Source of the DNA: Marsupella aquatica
Taxonomy: Eukaryota > Plantae > Marchantiophyta
Assembly (NCBI GenBank): GCA_973895155.1
Contig: OZ316893.1
Coordinates: 27,786,210-27,850,209, forward strand
Length of the DNA stretch: 64,000 nucleotides
Direction: 5' to 3'
Positions 50,950-62,500 of the stretch are shown one piece after another. A model generated the notes under the pieces. The model searched no databases, was not told the origin of the DNA, and saw only the letters and a program-made list of their open reading frames with translations. The translations under genes were made by a program, and so were the position numbers. Position 1 is the first letter of the stretch, and the number at the start of each line of letters is the position of its first letter.

Positions 50950-51562
50950 CAGGCCCATCATGGTACATGGAGACCATAGGTTGGCATGCTAACGCTGTAC
51001 TTCTATGGCTTCAGGCACCGTGATTGGCATACAGGTGAACGAGAATCAAAGTTTGTAGAGCTGAAGACACCACCCCATGCATATACCTCATGCAACTTCT
51101 CAAGTATATATTCTGCGCGCAAGGAACGACCTCCAGGCCTACCGTGGTCCATGGATCCAGACTTTAGACCGGCAGACTTTGCTGCAAATCTATCGTTCCG
51201 GGTACCACGAATGCCTCAGTGTTGTCTGGTGCAAAACATCTGTCAATTTCGACTCGATTGTCCAGTCACGTAGGTACTGCTATAGATGATATATCTTTAA
51301 GCCATCCATGGTACATGGAGATCATAGGTCTACAGTCTTCGCTGCATAGCTATGGCTCCATACACCATGAGTGGCCTGCAGATAGAATGAGAAGGAAAAC
51401 CTTTCTTGCGGGAGACATTGGTACTCAAACTCCTCACCTTGGTAGGGGAACATGGTATGCAGTCAGTGTCAATGACCTCCAGGCCAGCCATGGTACATGG
51501 AGATCATAGGCTTGCAGTCTTTGCTTAAAATCTATGGCTCCATGCGCCATGATTGGCCTGCG
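50950..51562 (+). ncRNA. Putative polycistronic MIRNA / hairpin-RNA cluster with four related stem-loops
   Basis: Hairpins at 50953-51028, 51135-51216, 51301-51375 and 51482-51558. 5' arm CATGGTACATGGAGA(T/C)CATAG pairs with 3' arm CTATGGCT(C/T)CA..CC(A/G)TGA. G:U pairs favour the + strand; loops and spacers are diverged. Confidence 0.6.
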
Positions 51563-52309
51563 GGGACAATGTGGAAGATTCCCGCCCCACCCGCTCTTAC
51601 CCCTGAGAAAAAAACGATTTTGTTTCCTTGTCTAGAAGCTGTGCATTGTCATGAATCTCATACCAAAATTTATGACCACATCCACTCTTCGTCTTGCAAT
51701 GGAATGGCGGCGCTTTAGAAGCGGGTTAATTTAGATAACATCTCATTTCCTTGATTCGCACCATAATTAAATTAATTTCTTTTGTGCAAAGGGGGCAGGC
51801 TCTGTTCGATGAGCTTCGTGGATCGCGACCTCAATTTATGCGTTCCTCCATTATAATGTGTGTGGTTTGGACCGGCCGTACGTGGGACACGGAACCATAC
51901 GGACGCAGTCTAGGAGCAATCGATCGGATCGTCGATCTCGTTAAACTCTTCTCTGCAATGCTGTGGTGTCTGTGGCCACGATTGTCCAAGAGGCAGAGTA
52001 TGCCAAATCATTTCTAGAAGGTCATAGACTCGACTGTCCGTGGCCACGACCTGTGGCTGCAACAGTCTTGTAGCGCGACATCAAGGTAAGAGTCGGAGAT
52101 TTGTCCGAGGGGTTCCACACTTTGCCGGGCTGATTCAAGAAAACACATTGGAGCTATGCATTTCTCGAGTGGTTGGCGAGAATCAAGGCTGCGGGCTCCT
52201 TGCCTGTGCTACATGGAGATAATAGTCTCAAATAAAAATTAGATTGTGGTGGCTCTAACAACAAAAAACTGAGAAAGACCTCCATTTTCTTCTGAAGGAC
52301 CAAGCGGTT

Positions 52310-52410
52310 GCTCAGAGGTCCAGAAAAGTATAGCTCAGAGGTTTATTACTCAGTTGCGCAGAGGTCCAGAAAAGTATAGCTCACAGGTTCAGAAAAATAT
52401 TACTCAGAGT
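52310..52410. repeat. Short degenerate tandem repeat (GCTCAGAGGTCCAGAAAAGTATA, ~3 copies)
   Basis: Read directly from the sequence. Confidence 0.7.
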
Positions 52411-55400
52411 TGGTATTGAAGGATTTGGGTAATTTACTTGTAGACCAAGTTTACTCAGTTAAGTGAACGCCGGCTTACTGCAATGTTTTAACTGCATCAC
52501 TATGACTCCATGTAATCCGATTATCTAGCAGGCACGGTGCGGATGGTTTACTAGTCAAGTGATCTTGCCCTCCATGACCACTTCATCACCCTTGGTAGCA
52601 AGAAAACCGTTCAGGTACATCAGTCCATAGTCGATAGTCAGTAAGGCGTTTTGCGTAGTGTTCCCCAGTAACACTGAGTTCGTCCAACATTAGATAGGTC
52701 ACAAGTGTTAATTTGTGCCCATGGGTAATGCAGTCATTTGCGATTTCGAACTCATCACACTACTTTTTGATGTCTACGGGAGGCCTTACGTGTGCGAAAA
52801 GCTGCATTTTGTTTTCTGTTTTGCCCTCTCTTTTGAAGACTCATCCTGATCATCGTTTGAATGGCAGTAAAGATGTATCTCAAGTAGGAGCCATGATCAC
52901 CTTTGTCGCTAACACCTTCCACCTCAGAGTCGCTGATCCGGAGCTAAAAAAAGTACTGTCGGCACAGAGGGCGGAAAATCATTTTTGACGAGGTTTGTGC
53001 AACGCCAGTTGCTTTTCTTCTTGATTACGAATCATATTGGCGGGCTCCGAAAGTGTCCTCTTTGCCAACCGCATGACATGGATACCATACTATTGCTGTA
53101 CATTCTAATACCATTGAGGTGGTTCTAACAACAGCTCGGAACTTTTTGTCTGTAAAGCTATAATTATATGATTCCATACATCCCGATTTCTGGCAGGCGA
53201 GGAACGATTCATCACATCTAGCACGGGTTCATTGTTTCAGGTACTACATTTGCTTTTGTATTTTGAAGAGACTCGCAATTGCATTTTAAATCTCTCTTCT
53301 CAACAAGTTGTCTGAGCTCTTTCCAGGCGAGCTCGTGAGTGAAAATTCTGGAGTCTGTTAATTTTTGCTTTCATTTTTCTTTGCGAATGCATGCTTTCCT
53401 GATAAGTAAAAGGTAAGAAAGGATTGCTCTCCAGACTGTTTATAAAGGGATATATCATGCACAGATATTAGCCTAAGTAGAGGCCGCTCGGATTCATTGT
53501 GATTCTAGTAATAAAGTTTCCTCCCCGCTACTCAAAAGTATCTCAGAATGTTAAACCCTAAACCCTAAACATGGTCATTTGATTAGAGTTAAAGATACTT
53601 TGGTGACCAACTTTTCTGTCTTACCTTAAAGTTTCTGTAAAAACGCTGCTGCTCTCTACTCATCTGGAATCGTTAATTTGCAATTGAAGTTGTCCTTACA
53701 AATGTATTGTGCGCAACAGACAGTTCATATGAATGGATCGGACGCCGGATGGCTATGCCCCTGACCAACTTACTGTGGCTAATGAAGAGACCATAGGTTT
53801 CCGCTTGTGCATAATGAATCCTTGTTTGCAATGTTGTGGTCTCCAGATTCCAGAATTGGCAATCTGGATAAATCTTCTCGATCGCCCACTGCACAGGTTT
53901 ACTCAGGTAATGTGATCAACACCTCTAAGAAAGAACAATACTGTGTTTCTTACGAGATTTGAGATTCACAAAAATATCATACAAAGTATCAAAAATGATA
54001 ATACAAGGTTCCTCCCTAAAATGTGTGGTAACTAGTAATTAAATTAATTAACATCTAAATTATTAAATTGGAATATAGAAATTATTTATTTAAAAAAAGT
54101 TATAATGAAAATGGGAAACACGTTTGTCCCTATCACTTGGTTGTGTTGGCTACTTTACAATATTGTGGCTGCTAGTTTGTGTCTTCAATTTTTATGTGCA
54201 AAGCATGGCTTAGGTTGTTTGAATATAACTACAACAACTACATGGTTATGATCACACATAATATGTTTCAATAACTATATTTCAAATAATATGTTTTTGT
54301 CTTCTCTCTTGATATCTTTTCTTAATTTTTATATAATTATCTTTCCTTAATATCTTTATCTTGTTTTTGATATTTTTTGGCACATGTCTTTATCTTATAA
54401 TTACATTTTTTTTCTTACATTTTCACATATTTTCTCCTTTCTATATCTTTTATTTCCTCAAGATCTGTTTTCACATGGTTTGACATCTTTTCATTAATTT
54501 TTTTCATTTTGATATTTAATTTTTTCATTATGCTATTTTTCTTTCATTTTGACATTTTTATTTCACTATGAAATCTTTCTTGCACCCTCATATTTTTTTC
54601 TTGACATATTTCCTCATATTTTTATTTTTCACTTTTCCAATATCCTTTTTTTCACTTAGGTTTATTTTTCTCACTTCAACGTCTTTTTTTGTTTCACGGA
54701 CATCTTTTTTTCATACATTTTTCCAAATGTTTCTACATCTTTTCTCGTCTCTGCATGTTCGGGCAGTTCACAATAGAGTGCACAAATGCTCATAATCATA
54801 ATCTCATCCAATTAGTACTAAAGACTGAATGCTCAATCCAGAGCCAGCCACACATCCTAAACTATAATACACAGTTGCGCCAAAAAATGGCCTGGTCGGT
54901 CATTCAAATTTGGAGTGTCCTTTTGGGTGAGAATAATTGAAACCTGTAAATATGGAACCAATAAGGGGGAAAAAAAAGGAACGTGAGAAAACCTGGTACA
55001 GGGTTTGGTGTGCACAAAACAAGTACACAAAGATACACAAGACAGGTACTATTGTACCTTCAGGTACAGCATATGAGCTCATTACTCTTAGGAGCCCCAG
55101 GTACAAGATACAAAGGGGATAGAGGTCCTGTACAAGGAGGTACAATTGTACCATCAGAGTACAACTTTTAAGAGAGAAGGAAGAGCGTAGCTTCTTTCCT
55201 TTTGGAGTTTGGAGCTCTCTATTCCAAGCCTATGTGAGCTTATAAGGGCTCCAGGCATTTAATGAGTACTTTTAAGCAACAACAACTACCCAATGGCAAG
55301 AAGAGGGAGTGTGAAGAGGAGCAATACCCATTACCCAATAGCTAGAAGAGGGAGAGCAATGAGGGAGAGTGAAGAGGAAGGGATGATGACTCCTGAGACT

Positions 55401-56029
55401 ACCCTGGCTATGGCCTCATCCAAACAACGTAGTTTTTAGGTGCAAACTTTTGCCAAATTCCACCTCCCCAAAATATGTTCACCACTTTTTCCGTCACTTT
55501 TGCCAAAAAATTGCTAGATTCTTTACATACCATTGGCCACTCTCCCACCAAATCATGGACCCCATTTGCCAAAATCTAACCCTTGTACATCAATCTAGGG
55601 ATATCTGATGAAGAAGATATAATTCAAGAAAAATTGTTGAAGAATACTCCTAGCATTTCCTTCCTTTGAGAGGCTGACATTTGTCACACTGGCCAACAAC
55701 AAAAAATTAATGTTGTAAAAAATGCTAGACCCAACATCCCGGGGTGGAATGAAACCCGAGACCCCAAGGTCCCATCCCCAACCTAATCAATCTTGCCCCG
55801 GGTTCCAACTCCCCAACAACCCCTCAGTTGTTGTTATGTCTTGCCACTTTGTTTAGCACAGGAAGAGGCATGGGGTGGGGGCCAAAATATCTGGACCAAA
55901 GTTGGTGCGGGGGTGGCAGGTCCTCAAATGTTGGAAAGTGTTGCAAACCACACCACCACCCCAGGGGGGCATGGTATTGGCGAGTACGTAAGGGGCCGAG
56001 TAAACTTGGATGAGCTTACCAAAGGGGTT

Positions 56030-56550
56030 CCATGCAAGGGGTAGGCAAATTGTTTTGTTGAAAAGTGGGCTGAGTCGTGCCGTTGCCCCAAGGGGAATTG
56101 GCATTGGGGCGGCCATAGCCAAGTAAGCGGCCACGGTCAACTTTAAGCAAACTAAGCTTAAAGTAACCAAAAAAATTGGGGTTACTGATGGGGTTCCAAG
56201 ATATATGCAAGGGTAGGGAAAGGGCCGTTGAAAAGTCAGCCAAGCTGCTCCGTTACCCGAGGGGGTCTTGACATTGGGGCGGCCAATGCCAATTAAGCTA
56301 TTGCGGCAACTTTAAGTAAGAACTCTAAGGTAGCCAAAACTTTGGGCCCAATGGGGTTCTAAGATGCAAGGGGTAGTGAAGAGTTGTTGAAAAGTCAGCC
56401 AAGCCGTGTCATTATCCCAAGGGGTCTTGGCATCCCGCTCGGCATTGGGGCGACCAAAGCCAAGTAAGCAGCCATGGTAACTTTAAGTAAAAAGCTTAAA
56501 GTAACAAAAACTTTGGGGTTATCAATGGGGCTTCAGGATGCAAGGGGTGG
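56030..56550. repeat. ~165-bp tandem repeat, 3 diverged copies
   Basis: TTGAAAAGT..GGCATTGGGGCGGCCA..CAACTTTAAG..GATGCAAGGGGT, with copies at ~56058, 56229 and 56387. Confidence 0.8.
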
Positions 56551-56619
56551 CAAAAAAGTGGCAACAACTTAACAACTTTTTTTACTTAACATGGTTTACT
56601 AGCAATATTTTCAATTGTA

Positions 56620-57822
56620 CTTAAGAACATCTTTTACTTCACAACTTACATCTTTGTCTAATGACATCCCTTTACTTATCGACCATTTTGTACTTAACAA
56701 AAAAATACTTAATAACATCTTTCGTAAAACATCATCTTTTACTTGACAACATCTTGGACATAAAGACATCTTTGGTGCAACGACATCTTTTATTTCACAA
56801 CATTTTTCACATAAGAACATTTTTTCTTCACGACACCTTTGGCATCACGACATCTTTTTTCTTAACGACATCTTTGGCAACATGACATCTTTTTTCTTAA
56901 AAAAATCTTTGACAACACAACATATTTTTACTTAACAAAATTGTTGGCAACATCACCTTTTTTCATGACAACATCTTTGGCAACACAACATATTTTTTCT
57001 TAACGACATCTTTTGTGCAACGCACGGGTATTGAGCCATCTTTCACATATTAATGACATATTGGGTGAAACGACACCTTTTTATTTATAACATCTTTTAT
57101 TTCACAATCACTTAGTTTGGCAAAATGACACCTTTTTCTTAACGCCATCTTTCACATAATGACATCTTTGGAAAAATGACTTCTTTTTTCTTAACGACAT
57201 CTTTTTACTTCATGACATCTTTCAGATAACAACATCTTGGGCGACACGACATCTTTTGTGCAATGCACTGATATTTTTCCTCAATGACGTCTTGGCCAAC
57301 ACGACATCTGTTTTCTCAATGACGTCTTGGCCGACATGACTCTTTTTTCACAATGATGTCTTGCCCGACACAACATATTTTCTCTCAATGACGTCTTGGC
57401 CGACATGACATCTTTTTTCTCAACGACTTCTTTGCCAACACAAGATCCTTTATCTCAATGATTTCTTGGCCGGTCACACGACATCTTTTTTATCAATGAG
57501 ATCTTGGCCAACACGACATCATTTTTCTCAACGACCTCTTGGCCAATACAACTTTTTTTCTCAACACCCTCTTGGTCGACACGACATCTTTTCTCTCAAC
57601 CAAATCTTGGCCGACATGACATCTTAGTCGACACGACATCTTTTGTTCTCAACGACATCTTGGCCGACACGACATATTTTGTTTATCATCATCATCTTGC
57701 CGACACGACATCTTTTGTTCTCAAAAATTTCTTGGGCGACACGACATCTTTCTTCTCAACAACCTCTTGGCCGGCATGACCTCTTTTGTTCTCAACGACA
57801 TCTTGGCCGTCACGACATCTTT
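56620..57822. repeat. ~34-bp minisatellite (CTTGGCCGACACGACATCTTTTTTCTCAACGACAT), more degenerate toward the 5' side
   Basis: About 17 good units at 57240-57820, AT-eroded units upstream. Confidence 0.88.
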
Positions 57823-59009
57823 TGTGCAACGCACGGGTATTGAGCTAGTGTACTTTAAAATGAGGAGAGCCTGCCCTCGGACCAAGAGATTGACAAACAA
57901 ACAGCGAGGGACGAAGACGATGAGAGCTCTGAGCAAGGAAACCCCGCCACGTGGTGCGAAACGGAATGTCTTACACCCACGCCTCTTCACAGAAAGAAAA
58001 GAGTGAAAGACAACTAGCCCTACCACTTAACAGGATCGAAACAGGGAAGGCGTCGAGACCAAACAACGATTCAAGAAACCTCCACAGGTAACAAATGATA
58101 CGATGATTCTAGCACGATCCATGCCTTCAGGAATGCTTATGTTTCGACTGTCAGTTTCTTTACGCTTTGAGCACCATCCAAATATTCTGGTGTATTCGAC
58201 TCCAGTTCTAAGTTCTCTATACCTCGAACTACTCATCCGTTTCTGCAATTCGGTTCTGAAACTGGTTTCAAGTTTTACAAATCTTGAGCTATCAATATGA
58301 GTTACTCGGTGTGATTTTTACAAAGAATTGGCTGCCTACTTCCTTCTGTTGCCAACTAAGTGAGAAAGGAGCTAGGCGCATCCATGGAGTTTTAAGGGAT
58401 CAAAATTGTGGTTGAGGGAGTACAAACATTTATGCCAGAATTAGTTATTATGGATCTACATGACTGTCGCTGTACATTGAGAAGCGATATATATCCAAGG
58501 AAAGCCTGAAGGCATCTGAAAACTTTCTGACTGTAGAATTTGCTCGTTCCAATTGCTGAACGTGCACAGCCATGAGCCTGCACACGACTGAGGCCAGGCA
58601 AAGATTTTAGTATATTATTTTCAAACCCCTCGCTAATCTCTCAGACACTTCTGCTCCCATTATAAGTCTTTTGCATCACGAGGAGATGAGTGCGATGGCA
58701 AAAATGAAGAAACTGACGAGCGCAGCTTCCCATAATTTACACAGCAAGAATGCAGAATGAACAGTGAATTGGTCCTTAAGAGAGTGGTTGGCGAGAGAAT
58801 GCACCACACCAGATCAGTGAATACTAATCGGACCGTAAGTAAGATTAACCCTAAATCTAACGGTAATCACACATATACAGGCCCCCCCAGATAACACCTA
58901 AGCGAAGGGGGAACAGACAAAGGAACAGCAAGTGGCGTATGTACACCGGATGAACGTCGTAAACTTAACACCCCCTCCCGTCCGGTAATCCATCAAATGC
59001 ACAGAGCAA

Positions 59010-59597
59010 GTGGGGAGAATGGACGTAAGCAGAGTGGGCCTGCAAGTGCTCTGGGTGTTGTTGGGTACGATAAGCTTGGTACTCAAGGTGCTGGGAGATA
59101 TGGTCGAGACTCAATTCCAGTATGTACAATGGAAGTTGAATGTGAGTGCGACTGAGGTAGAAGAGCACCAGGGCGAGAGAGAGGACGAGCCACAGATAGG
59201 GGAGCAGGTCAAACAAGTAATGGTGAAAGTCACCCGAGCGCCTGATGTACAGGGTGCACAGCACACGATACAGCCAGTTGTGCCAACATCCCGCTACTTC
59301 AGTGACCATACCACAAGGCGAAAGTACTATGCAGTGGTGCGGGGATATGTTCCAGGCTTGTATGATTCCTGGGAGGACTGTGAGCCACAAGTAAAGGGGT
59401 ATAAGGGTCAGGTGTACAAGTCCTTCAAGTCGAGAAGCGAGGCAGAACGATACTTGCAGGAGAAGTTGCAGCGAGCAGGGGACCACGCAGTCCATGGGCA
59501 CCGATTTCGAAGCATGGGGCAAGGCAATTTTGGTGGTCAGCTATATAGATGTGAATACTGCTTAGAGGTATATCACGATGCTACGCATCCTGAGTAG
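59010..59597 (+). CDS. Antisense accessory ORF of the copia element: N-terminal hydrophobic segment plus RNase H1 N-terminal hybrid-binding (Cauli_VI) domain
   Basis: KYYAVVRGYVPGLYDSWEDCEPQVKGYKGQVYKSFKSRSEAERYL matches the HBD consensus (YYAV..G...GIY..W..C..QV.G.....YK.F....EA). The intact 195-aa ORF fills the pol-PPT gap. Confidence 0.85.
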   Translation: MGRMDVSRVGLQVLWVLLGTISLVLKVLGDMVETQFQYVQWKLNVSATEVEEHQGEREDEPQIGEQVKQVMVKVTRAPDVQGAQHTIQPVVPTSRYFSDHTTRRKYYAVVRGYVPGLYDSWEDCEPQVKGYKGQVYKSFKSRSEAERYLQEKLQRAGDHAVHGHRFRSMGQGNFGGQLYRCEYCLEVYHDATHPE

Positions 59598-62500
59598 CTG
59601 CGTTACCCAGGGTAGGTAGAATGTCGCGCAGGGACTTCATGCCAAGGAATTCACGATGTTTCTCAAACTTCCATCTTGGAAGGGATTTTGTAAGGATATC
59701 TGCAGGTTGCTCTGCAGTGGGAATGTACTTAAGCGTCACTTCTCCTTCCAGGACTCTTTCCCTGATGTAATGGTGCTGGAGTTCGATGTGCTTGGTCCAA
59801 GCATGGAAGATGGGGTTCTTCGCCAAATTAATTGAGCCTTGGTTGTCGCAATGTAGGTTTAGATGAGCATCTTGCAAGGTGGGTTGACTGGCCACCGACA
59901 GATTTGAAATCACCTCCTGATTTTGGCAATTCAATGCCACCTGAATTTCTGGGATGAAGCTCAACTCTGAGAGCAGACGCCTAAGGAAGACAGCTTCTCG
60001 AGCTCCTTCCGATAGGGCTCTGTACTCAGCTTCAGTTGTACTCTGTGAGACCGTTGCTTGTCGTTTGCTCGCCCAAGTAACAGTGCCCCCAGCAAATTGG
60101 AACACATAGGCCCCAATGGATCTTCGAGTGTCTTTGCAAGCACCATGGTCTGAGTCAGTGTAGCCTGAGAGAGACAAAGTTCCAGTTCTCTGGAAGAGTA
60201 AGCCGAAATCAATGGTGGATTTGATGTATCTGAGAACAAGCCTTGCAGCATCCATGTGTTTTTGTTGTGGAGATGACATAAATCTGCTGAGAATCCCCAC
60301 CGCATACGCCAAATCCGGTCTGGTGTTAGTTAAGTAGATCAACTTGCCAACTAACTTGCAGTAGTGAGTGGCATCCACGTCAGGTGATAGCGTATCAGCC
60401 GATACATCAAATCCTTCGGGTAGAGGAGTCGCTGCTCCTTTGCAGTCTTGCATTTCAAATTCCTCCAGGAAGCTTTGGCAGTAGTCACGTTGATGGATGA
60501 ACATTCCATCGGCCACATCTACAAAATCTATTCCCAAATACCTGGTGACTTTGCCCAGATCCTTCATTTTGTACTGTTAGCTGAGTTGTGCTTTGACCTC
60601 ATCAATTTTGGCATCGTCATTGCCAGTGATGAGTAGGTCATCAACGAAAAGAAGCAGAAGAACAATTTTCCCTCCTTCGTTGATGAAGTACAAATTATGA
60701 TCAGCAGTGCTCCGGGTCCACCCTTTTGAGCGAAGGAACCGATCAACTTCCTCATACCATGCACGCGGGGACTGCTTTAAGCCATAGATGGATCGATTTA
60801 GCTGGCACACAAGGTGTTCGGATCCTGGGACCTCAAATCCTGGTGGTTGCACCATGTAGATTAGTTCCTTGAGCTTGCCGTTCAAGAAAGCCGTGATGAC
60901 ATCCATTTGGCTGATGGACCAGCCAAGAGCTGCAGCGAGTGCAATAACCAGTCTAATGGTTGACCACTTGACAATCGGTGCGAAAGTGTCCTCAAAATCA
61001 ACTCCAAAGCGCTGTTCAATACCACGAGCCACCAGGTGAGCTTTCAGTCGAGTGCGAGTGGGGTTTACTTCTGGCTTCGCCCTATACAGCCACCTAGCAG
61101 AGATGGCCCTCTTTCCTGGTGGGAGTGCAGTGAGGACCCATGTCTCATTTTCGATCAGAGAATCAAATTCTTCTTTCATAGCTGCATTCCACTGAGGGTC
61201 CAAACGGGCTTGCTGGAATGAGATGTTTTCATTCACAGGGTCGGTAGTCTCGACTAGGCAGACATCAGGGTTGTTGGGTCGAAAATCCAACACGTAATCT
61301 TGGCGTAGATGAACTGGGAGTTCCCTTGCACGAGATGACTGCCTGCGAATTGGGAATGGCAATGGTAATGTGCTCGTAGGGGTAGAGTCAGCTGGTGCGG
61401 GCTCAACTTCAAGAGAAGAATCGACTGGCTCAAGTGGCTCTAAGTTGGAGTCAGTACTATTACCAGGATCTACAGGCACAGAGTCGGGAGATGCAGGTTC
61501 AGATGCAGAGTAGGAATTTTGTTCCTGTGTTGCAGGAGAGATATAAATGGACTGAGCCGGTGAAATCAATAGTAATTCTGCAGTGGCTTGAGATGGTTTG
61601 ATGTTGAAGTCAAACATCTTTAACTCATTGAACACAACATCACGACTGATGTAGATTTTTCTTTTGATAGGATCATAGCACCTGTATGCTTTCGATTTCT
61701 CGTCATATCCCACCAATGCAGTCCGAATGGACTTTGCTGACAGCTTATGTCTCAGTTCACTAGGAACATGAACATACGCCAGGCATCCAATAATTCTTAG
61801 ACTAGACAGGTCAGGCTTGGCATTGTATAATTGCTGGAAAGGTGTGGAGGAGGTCAAAGAGGAAGTGTCACACCTGTTGAGCACATACGTGGCTGATTGA
61901 ATGAGCTCATCCCATAGGAACGTGGGAGCTCCACTCGCAATGTGGGCGCTGCGTGCTGCTTCGAGCAGTGTTCGGTTTTTCCTTTCTGCTACTCCATTTT
62001 GCTGAGGTGTGCGAGCCGCTGTGAGTTGCCTCTTGATCCCTTGTCTGTCGCAAAATTGGCAGAATTCGTTGGACAAGTATTCACCTCCTCGATCTGATCG
62101 AACACATTGAATTTTGCTGTCGAATTCATTTTCGACCATAGCTTTAAAGTCTTTGAACTTTAAGAAGGCTTCACTTTTGGCTTTCAGGAAATACACCCAT
62201 GTGTAGCGAGAGAAATCATCCGTGAATGTAAGCAAATATTTTGCTTTAGAAAGAGATGAAACAATGAAGGGGCCACAGAGATCCGTATGAACCAATTGCA
62301 GTGGTTTGGTTGACCTGTTGGCAGATTTCTTGGGTATGCGCTCTCGATGTTGTTTCCCCATGATGCATGTATCACAGACATGATCCTCCAATGGCAGCTT
62401 GGGCAGACCTTCAACCAACTCGTTTGAAGACATGTTGTAAACTCTGCGGAAGTTCACGTGACTGAGCCTTCGGTGCCATAGCTCAAGAGGTGACACATCG

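Larger units (their letters stand above)
54030..57848 (+). mobile_element. Non-autonomous Helitron-like element with internal tandem arrays and captured segments
   Basis: Canonical plant Helitron 3' end GTGCAACGCACGGG..CTAG|T (57824-57849); the 5' part is homologous to the 45595 element. 5' boundary approximate. Confidence 0.6.

Noticed and set aside
53553-53570. Interstitial telomere (AAACCCT x2.5)
   Set aside because: Too short; at most a telo-box.
52600-53915. Host protein-coding gene with a possible micro-exon (CAG|GCGAGCTC|GTGAG ~53328)
   Set aside because: Splice-like signals exist but no coherent ORF or recognisable protein could be assembled.
57504-57843. ORFs with TTSF or SWPTRH repeats
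   Set aside because: Translations of the 34-bp minisatellite.
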